From positions 718 through 64,717 of the forward strand of contig CAVXPI010000013.1 of NCBI GenBank assembly GCA_963763615.1: a stretch of 64,000 nt of DNA. The letters are read 5' to 3'. Source of the stretch: Bryobacterales bacterium. GTDB lineage: Bacteria; Acidobacteriota; Terriglobia; Bryobacterales; Bryobacteraceae. How positions within the stretch are numbered: the first letter of the stretch is position 1; each line of letters opens with the position of its first letter. This document shows positions 18,796-26,506 of the stretch, piece by piece. The translations under genes were made by a program, and so were the position numbers. Under the pieces are notes generated by a model that worked only from the letters and a program-made list of their open reading frames with translations, did not search any database and had not been told where the DNA came from.

Positions 18796-20889
18796 TTATC
18801 CTGCACTGCAATTAGGGAAGCGAACGGTAAAGGATGCGCCGGGAGATGCGCCTACTTGCAGTTCGCCATCGAGTTGGCCGGTCAGCGTTTGAACGAGCAA
18901 TACGCCCATTGATTTGCAGCTGTCCCAATCAAAATCGGGCGGCATGCCGATGCCCGAATCGGAAACGCCGAGCGTGATCCAGTGTTCATTCGAGGAAAGG
19001 CGGATCAGGATCTCGCCTCGTCCCTCCGGATACGCATATTTGATCGCGTTTGTGAGGAGTTCATTCAGGATGAGGCCGCAGGGAACCGCTTGGTCTATGG
19101 TAATTCGGACAGGCGTCACATCCAGACGGCAGGTGGTTAACTCGCTCTTGCTGTACGAGCAGAAAACCTGCGCCGCCAACTCAGTTACGTAGGCGGCGAG
19201 ATCAACGGAACTCATGGCGTTCTGTTGATACAGCTGTTCGTGAATGATTGCCATTGACCGCACGCGGCGTTCGCTATCGGCGAACTGATTGGCCATCCTT
19301 TTGTCTCCCGACGCGCTACCCTGTATCGACAAAAGCGATGCAATGATCTGCAGGTTGTTCTTCACGCGATGATGAATCTCTTGCAGCATCGCCTCCTTCT
19401 CTTCCAGCGACCGTTTGACGGCGAACTCAGCAATCTTACGTTCGGTGATATCTTGTAACGTTCCTACCGACCTGACGGGTTTCCTGTTAGCTCCCTCGCC
19501 CTCAAAGAAAGCGTGGCCGTGAGCATATACATGCCGCAGACGCCTGTCGTTCCACGTCGTTATGCGGTATTCCAGCTCAAAGCGCCCATTTCCGGCAGGA
19601 TCGAGGAAAGCTCGAACGGCATTTTGCACGGCGCCTCGATCCTCTGGATGGATGCAAGACAAAGCGAGTTCCCGGTTAATCGCCATGCCGGGCGCAAAGC
19701 CAAAAATCGCTTTCGCCCGCGCATCCCAGAGCGCCTTTGTCGAGGTCGAGTTCTGTTCCCAAATGCCGATGGCCGCCGATTGCAGCGCCAAGCGGAGGCG
19801 GTCTTCTCCTTCCGCCACTTTGCGGTGCATCGCTCTCTCGGCAGCCACTGCCCGGGCCACCTGGTAAGCGGGCCAGATTCTTTCTCCGGCCGACCGCGCC
19901 AACCCCACTTCGCGCTTCGTCCAGGATCTAGGCTGTGTCTCAGACAGCCATAGCAGCGCTACCCACTCACCCTCGCACCGCAACGACACAATCAGCGTGG
20001 CCTCAACCTGCTGCGGTTGATACGCGGACGAATAGAATGCTGCGGTGATCGGATCCACGGCCGTGTTGGTAATGGCTACCGTGTTCCCAGCGGCGAGCAC
20101 TCCCAGAATTCGCTCTTCCGCCCAGTATGTCAGCGGGGACGTGCCGCCTGGTTCGGGAACCGTACCCTTTCTGCAACTCTCGCTCAACCGGGTTGCTTCG
20201 TTGCGCTCAACGCTGACTGAGCTCATGCAGGCACGAGCGGCGCCAAAATGAGCAACCAGCATGTCGGTTGCGACCTTAGCGATTGCTTCGGGCCCACTTG
20301 CCATCTGCAACTGGCCGCTAAGATCTGTCAAGAACCGCTGGTCGGCTTCGAGTTGTTTGCGCTCTGCGATATCTTCCAGGAATCCATGCCAGAGAATAGA
20401 ACCGTTGTCGCCCAAGGCCTGGAGAATCTGGCTGGCAACACCTTCATAACTGGTGCCCAAAGAAGATTTCGAAAAATAGAAATCCGCCTCAGCAGCCTTT
20501 GTCCGCATCACATCTTCGGAAGATGAACTAAGGATCGCGACTCTAATTCTGCTCAAATCCGGCGTTTCGCGGATGAATTGGAGAACTTCCGGCCCGTCGA
20601 ACAGTTTCAAATTCAAATCGAGAATGACAAGATCCGGTAGGGTTTGGTTCTCGAAAATCCCCTCCCTGCGCAATACCGACAGGGCCTGCCCGCCATCCGT
20701 GACCACAATCGGCTCGCCGCCATAGCCCGCCTTTTTCAATCCCCAGCGAATGAGCCTTATATCAATGGGGCTGTCTTCGACGATCAGGATTTGTGGCAAC
20801 TGCTGCTGAATGGCTGTGGGCATACTTATTTCAATTGGCAATCTTGGCCTCCGCGCGCTTTCGATCCGCGCCGCGGCAGAAGAAGTCAT
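18796..20889 (-). CDS. Hybrid sensor kinase: REC - GAF-like - PAS - HisKA_2/HWE-type kinase.
   Basis: It has REC (ILIVEDSP...DLVILDLNL), PAS (IHPEDR...GTLQDITERK), the H-box EIHHRVKNNLQIIASLLSIQ, and the ATPase motif DSGIGMP. Confidence 0.85.
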   Translation of the reverse strand: MTSSAAARIESARRPRLPIEISMPTAIQQQLPQILIVEDSPIDIRLIRWGLKKAGYGGEPIVVTDGGQALSVLRREGIFENQTLPDLVILDLNLKLFDGPEVLQFIRETPDLSRIRVAILSSSSEDVMRTKAAEADFYFSKSSLGTSYEGVASQILQALGDNGSILWHGFLEDIAERKQLEADQRFLTDLSGQLQMASGPEAIAKVATDMLVAHFGAARACMSSVSVERNEATRLSESCRKGTVPEPGGTSPLTYWAEERILGVLAAGNTVAITNTAVDPITAAFYSSAYQPQQVEATLIVSLRCEGEWVALLWLSETQPRSWTKREVGLARSAGERIWPAYQVARAVAAERAMHRKVAEGEDRLRLALQSAAIGIWEQNSTSTKALWDARAKAIFGFAPGMAINRELALSCIHPEDRGAVQNAVRAFLDPAGNGRFELEYRITTWNDRRLRHVYAHGHAFFEGEGANRKPVRSVGTLQDITERKIAEFAVKRSLEEKEAMLQEIHHRVKNNLQIIASLLSIQGSASGDKRMANQFADSERRVRSMAIIHEQLYQQNAMSSVDLAAYVTELAAQVFCSYSKSELTTCRLDVTPVRITIDQAVPCGLILNELLTNAIKYAYPEGRGEILIRLSSNEHWITLGVSDSGIGMPPDFDWDSCKSMGVLLVQTLTGQLDGELQVGASPGASFTVRFPNCSAG

Positions 20890-21134
20890 GCGGCTTGGAC
20901 ATGCAAATAAAAGAAAATCGGCGCAGTTAAAACTCTACGGCTTCTTGTGCTTTAGCGGCCGCAGGGATGCAAGTAGGAGTTGGCTTGAATCCTGGATTTG
21001 AAGCGATTGCGGCTTTAATTGCGCGATAGGTGCAACAACGGCCCTGTTCGCAATTGTCTTACGTTTGTATCCAAAGGGTCAATAGTTTTGAAAGGATAAA
21101 TTGTAGGTGTTCGCCTTACATGACTACTTAGGTG

Positions 21135-23090
21135 TCAAACCGAGAAAAAGTCCCGAATATCCGCTAGTTTCTTAGTAAGCCTGTAAGGAGGCAGGCTGTC
21201 GAAAAAGACCTTGCCATACGGCAGCTTCGTGATCCGGTTATCGAGCAACACCAAAACCCCGCGGTCGGTGGCTCCGCGAATCAGCCGCCCGAAACCCTGT
21301 TTCAATGCCAGCGCCGCTTGCGGCACCTGGTATTCGTAGAACGCATTACCACCCGCCAGGCGAATCGCCTCCGTCCGAGCCGCAATCACCGGATCGCTCG
21401 GCACCGCAAATGGCAACCGGTCGATAATCACGCAACTCAACTGGTCGCCTTGCACATCTATGCCTTGCCAGAAACTCGACGTGCCAAACAACACCGCGCC
21501 CGGCGTATTGCGGAAGTTTTCAAGCAAAGCAGTCCGCGGCGCTTCGCCTTGCATCATCATCGGATAATCGAGCCTGATTTTCAGCATCTCGTATACTTGC
21601 CGCATTTGCTGATAGCTGGTGAACAATACGAATGCCCGCCCATGCGATGCCTCCAGCACTTCAGAAATCACATCCGCCGCGCGCCAGGAAAACTCCGCCT
21701 GCCGCGGATCGGGCAAATGCGGCGGCACGTAAAGAATCACCTGCTTTGTATAGTCGTACGGACTCTCAATCAGCAAAGTCCGCGCGTTCGGCAAGCCTAA
21801 CCGTTTCCGCACATAATCAAACTCACCTGCTACTGTCAAAGTGGCCGAAGTCAGCACCACCGTTTCCAGCCGCTCAAACAGCCGCGACGCCAGCATTTGT
21901 GAAACATCAATGGGCGTCGATTGCAGATACACGCCGCGGCCGCGCGCTTCCACCCAGTAGACCTGCGCCGGGTCCGGCGTCTCCAACCACGTCCGCAAGT
22001 TCTGTTGCAGCAACTTCGCACGGCGCACCAAGGGGAGCGTATCTTCAATCGCGCTCTGCACCAACTCAAGCCGGGCGGCAATGGTTTCCAGAGCTAGCAG
22101 CAGTTCGCTATAAACCGCTTCGTTCAGATGCAGAAACTGCTCGTGGTTGCGAAATCCCTGCCGCCCTTCGCGCGGAAACAACCCAAAAAATTCGTCGCAC
22201 CGGTCGCCCAGTTGGATGAGGCCGCGGTCTAAATCGGGCGTTGCAAATAACTTCCGCCGTGAAATAGCCGCGATGTCTTTCACCAACTCATGCACTTGCA
22301 GATTGCTCACGCTCAGCCCAAAATACTGCCCAGCCACGTCTTCAATCTCATGCGCTTCGTCGAAAATGACGGCTTCATGATCGGGCAAAATCGCTCCGAA
22401 GGTGCGGTCACGCGCCGCCAAATCGGCGAAGTACAAGTGATGATTGACCACCACAATGTCGCTCTCCAGCGCCCTGCGGTGCATTTCGGTAATAAAACAG
22501 CGGTCAAACTGCTGGCACTTCTGTCCGGCGCAATTATCGCTGCGCGCGTCCATCTTCCACCAGGCGCTGCTTCCTTCGGGAAACTCGCTCAGCTCGCTGC
22601 GGTCGCCCGTTTTTGTTTTCTTCTCCCAGTCGCGAATGATTTGGAACTCTTTGCGCTCTTCCAATCCGGTCAGAAGCGGTTCGCGCTCGGCATCATAAAC
22701 CTTCTGCCGGCACAAATAGTTTTGCCGGCCCTTCATGTAACAAGCCCGAATCGGTTTGTCGAACATAGTCTGCAGGAACGCCAGATCTTTGAAGAACAAT
22801 TGCTCTTGCAGCGCCTTGGTACCAGTGGAAATAATCACGCGCTTGCCCGAAAGAATGGAAGGAACCAAATAAGCAAGCGTCTTGCCGGTACCCGTGCCGG
22901 CTTCCACGATCAAGTGCTTGCGATCGGCAAGCGCCTCCGCCACGGCCACCGACATGTCAATTTGCCCAGGCCGGTGTTCGTAGTTTGGGTGCGCTTTTGA
23001 AAGTGCGCCATGCCGCCCGAAGAAGCTTTTCGGCGTCAGCCTCGCGCTAAGGTTGCCACGAGATCGTTCGGTTTGGCTGGTGATGCTCAC
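21135..23090 (-). CDS. dinG: DinG/XPD-like Fe-S DNA helicase.
   Basis: It has Walker A EAGTGTGKT, the DEAH box DEAHEIED, and the Cys cluster C..(CRQK)...NCAGQKCQQFDRC typical of XPD-family Fe-S domains. Confidence 0.88.
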   Translation of the reverse strand: MSITSQTERSRGNLSARLTPKSFFGRHGALSKAHPNYEHRPGQIDMSVAVAEALADRKHLIVEAGTGTGKTLAYLVPSILSGKRVIISTGTKALQEQLFFKDLAFLQTMFDKPIRACYMKGRQNYLCRQKVYDAEREPLLTGLEERKEFQIIRDWEKKTKTGDRSELSEFPEGSSAWWKMDARSDNCAGQKCQQFDRCFITEMHRRALESDIVVVNHHLYFADLAARDRTFGAILPDHEAVIFDEAHEIEDVAGQYFGLSVSNLQVHELVKDIAAISRRKLFATPDLDRGLIQLGDRCDEFFGLFPREGRQGFRNHEQFLHLNEAVYSELLLALETIAARLELVQSAIEDTLPLVRRAKLLQQNLRTWLETPDPAQVYWVEARGRGVYLQSTPIDVSQMLASRLFERLETVVLTSATLTVAGEFDYVRKRLGLPNARTLLIESPYDYTKQVILYVPPHLPDPRQAEFSWRAADVISEVLEASHGRAFVLFTSYQQMRQVYEMLKIRLDYPMMMQGEAPRTALLENFRNTPGAVLFGTSSFWQGIDVQGDQLSCVIIDRLPFAVPSDPVIAARTEAIRLAGGNAFYEYQVPQAALALKQGFGRLIRGATDRGVLVLLDNRITKLPYGKVFFDSLPPYRLTKKLADIRDFFSV

Positions 23091-23157
23091 TTAGGGCGGC
23101 AAGGGTGGAAACTCCCAGTGTAGTATGCGAAACGGAGTGATTGTTCCACCCTCCGTC

Positions 23158-23545
23158 CAATGCGGTGCCCAATGCGGTGCCTGCCACCACAATGCAACAA
23201 TTCCCGTGCCCGAATCCGGTGCCTGCCACCACAATGCAACAATTCCCGGATCAGTTGGCTTCGTTGCGCAAAATAGCCACAGCACGCCCAAAAATGCAGA
23301 ACTCCGCGTCATTTGATGGGGCTTCAACCTTTTTGGGGGCATTCGTGTCCCAATGCGGTGCCTGCCACCACAATGCAACAATTCCCGGACGAGTTGGCTT
23401 CGTTGCGCAAAATAACCATGGCAATCCGGTGCCTGCCACCACAATGCAACAATTCCCGGATCAGTTGGCTTCGTTGCGCAAAATAGCCACAGCACGCCCA
23501 AAAATGCAGAACTCCGCGTCATTTGATGGGGCTTCAACCTTTTTT
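23158..23545. repeat. Compound direct repeats: a perfect 122-bp duplication plus four copies of a 30-mer.
   Basis: 23213-23334 and 23423-23544 are identical by character-by-character reading. GGTGCCTGCCACCACAATGCAACAATTCCC occurs at 23176, 23218, 23357 and 23428. CCAATGCGGTGC is tandem at 23158 and 23170. Confidence 0.9.
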
Positions 23546-23908
23546 GCCCGGATTCATCCGTCCTCCTGACCGCCCCAGAATCACCCGATCCGCATTCGGA
23601 ACCGCGGATAGACACTGTCGGTTACCCCACTTCGCAACGATCTCATCTATTGGTCACAAGCCTCTCAAAATTTCCTTTCTTCCCCTATCGAACTGAAAAA
23701 TCAGCCGCTTGCCCGTTTTGTCTCCTTCACGCTTCGTCGCACGCAACGCCACCCTCAGCTATCCTTTAGTCAGTTCTCGCGGTCGCACCTGCCTGGCGTC
23801 TTCCCGTTTTTCGTGGATCGCGCCCTTCCGCCCAGAATCGGGTTCACCCCAGGTTCGCCCGCCTCCAGGTTCAGTTCTTTCACAATCGAAGACTCACCTT
23901 TCGCCGTT

Positions 23909-24423
23909 GGGTTCGTATTTTAAAAACGAGCCACTCGCTCTGCGGTAGGTCTTTACGGCAAGCGGGTTGGCTTTGTTTTTTCAAAACGCCGGCCCATCAC
24001 AACGGGTTGGGTTCGTTGCGCAAAATGGCTACCTGCCAAAATTAAGTGGTCAGCCTGATGTGGCACCTTTTTCTAAAAGAGGCGGCACATCAGGCTGACC
24101 ACTTTTATCAAGCTCGTAACATCGGGCCAAGTCGCACCGACTAGGTGGGAGTTCGCTCTTTGGGACCGCTACCTTGGCCGGCATATGGCTTCGAAGCGTA
24201 AAAGAGCGAACTCGCGGCGATTTGGCTTCGTTTTTTCAAAAAACGTTCCGCAATAAGCGCTGCCTTCGTGCGCAAAACTAAACGATCGATGGGTTCGTTT
24301 TTTCCACCCAGATCATCGGCCCAGAGTGGCTTCGTAAAAGAGCGAACTCGTGGATATTGGCTTCGTTTTTTCAAAAGCGTTCCGCCGCGCTGGTGGCTTC
24401 GTTGCGCAAAAAACGCTTCGGCG
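23909..24423. repeat. Cluster of short dispersed repeats with a GG[CG]TTCGT core followed by TTGCGCAAAA or TTTTTCAAAA(A)CG. Three more copies lie at 23257, 23396 and 23467.
   Basis: Copies read by eye lie at 23909, 23969, 24009, 24187, 24224, 24261 (variant), 24291, 24328, 24359 and 24395. The sub-motifs TTGCGCAA and CGTTTTTT-C-AAAAAACG are palindromic. Confidence 0.8.
24044..24104. repeat. Perfect 19-bp inverted repeat (hairpin) with a 23-nt loop.
   Basis: AAGTGGTCAGCCTGATGTG (24044-24062) pairs with CACATCAGGCTGACCACTT (24086-24104). It is followed by TT(A)T on the plus strand and preceded by AAAATT, so it could act as a terminator in either direction. It lies about 360 nt from the nearest gene end. 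Confidence 0.85.
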
Positions 24424-24466
24424 AAACGGGTGCGCCTGCACGGTGTTGTTAGGAGTGTAGGCGTCC

Positions 24467-25834
24467 CTAACTCCACAAGCGGTCGTGCGAGTGTTCTTTA
24501 TCCCACTCGGGCGTCGGTTCGAAATAGCCAGGCTCCAGCAGGTGTTGCTTCATGACGTCGTCGTTCAGAGTGACACCCAGGCCCGGGCCTTCGGGCACGG
24601 TGACGAAGCCGTGATTGACGATGGGTTTCTCTACGCCTTCCACTAAGTCGCTCCACCAGGGAACGTCGACGGAGTGGTTCTCCAGCACGAGGAAGTTCTC
24701 GGTTGCCGCCGCGCAGTGCACGTTGGCCATACAGGACACGGGCGAGCCCGCGAAATGCATCGCCATCGGCACGCCGTAAGACTGGATCGCGTCGCCGATT
24801 TTCTTCGTCTCTAAGATACCGCCGGATGTGGCGAGATCGGGGTGCAAGATATCGACGGCATGTTCGGAAGCGAGTTTCAGGAAGCCTTCCTTCAGGTAAA
24901 TGTCTTCGCCGGTGAGCAGGGGAATGTTGACCGCTTGCTTGATTTCTTTCAGAAGGTCCGGGTAATACCAGGGCACCATATCTTCGAGCCACGCGATGTT
25001 ATATTTTTCGAGCGCGCGCCCGAGGCGGATACACGAATTGACGCCGATGTGGCCGAAGTGGTCGCATGAAAGGGGCACTTCGTCGCCCACGTATTCGCGC
25101 ACGGTCGCCACAAAATTCGCCATGGTTTCAATTCCCTTCGGGGTCAGCTCAATGCCGGTGAACATGTGTTCCACGTCCTCCTTGCCAGTAACGCCGACGC
25201 CGAGGGGTGCGGTGATTGTTCCGGGCACGTCTTTCATGAGATCGATGCCGAGGTCCATTTTGAGCCAAGTAAAGCCCTGTTCTTTGCGCTTCTTCAGACG
25301 GGCGCCGTAAATTTTCGGATCGTTGGATTCCGTTGTGTCGGCGTAGCAGCGGATCTTATCGCGAAACTTTCCGCCGAGCATTTGATAAACGGGCACGTTG
25401 TAGGCTTTGCCCGCTAGATCCCAAAGCGCCATTTCGATGCCGCAGACGCCGCCGGCTTGGCGCGATTCGCCGCCGAACTGTTTGATCTTGCGGAAGATCT
25501 TGTCGACGTTGCAGGGATTTTCGCCGAGCAGACGGCTCTTTAACAGCAGCGCGTACGTTTTGCTTGCACCGTCGCGCACTTCGCCAAGCCCGTAGATGCC
25601 TTGATTGGTATCGATGCGGATGATGGGGTCGGTCATCGGCGCGCCTTTGATGGTGGCGATGCGCAGATCCGTGATCTTCAAGTCCGCCGGCTTGGATGCG
25701 CCGTTGACGTAGGCGGTGGAAGCTTCGAGCGTTTTTTCATCCCAGAAGCTAAGACCGAGGGCTCCGGCGGCGGCGCCAAGGAATTTACGGCGGCGAAGAT
25801 GCTTGTTGGAAATCATGAGGGCATTGTATGTCAA
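24467..25834 (-). CDS. Enolase-superfamily enzyme (mandelate racemase/muconate-lactonizing family, sugar-acid dehydratase-like) with a Tat-type signal.
   Basis: It has the RRRKFLGAAAGALG twin-arginine motif, and GIYGLGEV and IEMALWDLAGK typical of the MR/MLE N-domain. It is 455 aa. Confidence 0.8.
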   Translation of the reverse strand: MTYNALMISNKHLRRRKFLGAAAGALGLSFWDEKTLEASTAYVNGASKPADLKITDLRIATIKGAPMTDPIIRIDTNQGIYGLGEVRDGASKTYALLLKSRLLGENPCNVDKIFRKIKQFGGESRQAGGVCGIEMALWDLAGKAYNVPVYQMLGGKFRDKIRCYADTTESNDPKIYGARLKKRKEQGFTWLKMDLGIDLMKDVPGTITAPLGVGVTGKEDVEHMFTGIELTPKGIETMANFVATVREYVGDEVPLSCDHFGHIGVNSCIRLGRALEKYNIAWLEDMVPWYYPDLLKEIKQAVNIPLLTGEDIYLKEGFLKLASEHAVDILHPDLATSGGILETKKIGDAIQSYGVPMAMHFAGSPVSCMANVHCAAATENFLVLENHSVDVPWWSDLVEGVEKPIVNHGFVTVPEGPGLGVTLNDDVMKQHLLEPGYFEPTPEWDKEHSHDRLWS

Positions 25835-25843
25835 TCCCTCGAA

Positions 25844-26218
25844 TCACTTAATCTCCCTGGTGCGTCGCCAATACTCGCCGGGACGTAGGATCGGAATCTT
25901 AGCGATGTTCGTCATGTCAAGTAGATCGCGGTCGACGCTGATCAGCAGCTTGCATTGGCCGCCGGCCGCAGTGCCCAACACCGGTAGGTCGGCGGGCACA
26001 ACGACCAGGGCCACGCGGCGAAGAAATGCGGCAACTTGCGCGGCCTCGCGTTTGGGGAAGCTGAATTTTCCCACCAGTTTTCGGACCAGTTCCTCAAGGA
26101 TAAATTCGGAAGTCACCAGTTCATGGTGCGAGAGAAGATCTTCCAGCAGTTCGGCAAACACGCCCGCACGGCTGATGTGAGCAGCAATCAGAACCGATGA
26201 GTCAAGGGCGATTCTCAC
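25844..26218 (-). CDS. PIN-domain toxin.
   Basis: It starts at GTG, opens with RIALDSSVLIAA, and has ...ISVDRDLL near the C-terminus. A 4-nt GTGA overlap joins it to the upstream RHH gene. Confidence 0.7.
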   Translation of the reverse strand: MRIALDSSVLIAAHISRAGVFAELLEDLLSHHELVTSEFILEELVRKLVGKFSFPKREAAQVAAFLRRVALVVVPADLPVLGTAAGGQCKLLISVDRDLLDMTNIAKIPILRPGEYWRRTREIK

Positions 26219-26436
26219 CTCTTCTGCAAGACATCGAAAACATCATCATCGGTGTTGACCCCGCCCGCCTGCGCGCGTGCAACCAGCCTGGTCCGCAACG
26301 TACGAAATTCAGCGACCCGCAGATAGCGCCTCAGCGCCTCGCGCGCCAGATCGCTCTTCGAGATTCCCAGCGCGGCGCTCTGTCGCTCCAGGGCTCTGTC
26401 CAAATCGTCTGGCACACGCAGCGTTAAGGTGCTCAT
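26215..26436 (-). CDS. Ribbon-helix-helix (CopG-like) antitoxin.
   Basis: It reads MSTLTLRVPDDLDRALERQSAALGISKSDLAREALRRYL. Confidence 0.75.
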   Translation of the reverse strand: MSTLTLRVPDDLDRALERQSAALGISKSDLAREALRRYLRVAEFRTLRTRLVARAQAGGVNTDDDVFDVLQKR

Positions 26437-26506
26437 GTATTACAATTTACTGCAAATTAATGCCTCGAGCACAACGCAGCCGAGAGAATTGTCGAACGGC
26501 AAAGAT

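Noticed and set aside
23158-23545. Possible CRISPR array (a 30-mer repeated four times).
   Set aside because: The spacings are irregular (42, 139, 71 nt). The intervening 'spacers' are themselves duplicated (the 122-bp perfect repeat), and no cas genes are nearby.
23091-23615. ORFs of 174 aa (minus) and 142 aa (plus) across the repeat region, plus 24141-24476 and 24268-24555.
   Set aside because: Their internal duplications are just the DNA repeats translated. Both strands are 'open' over the same DNA, there is no RBS, and no motif is recognisable.
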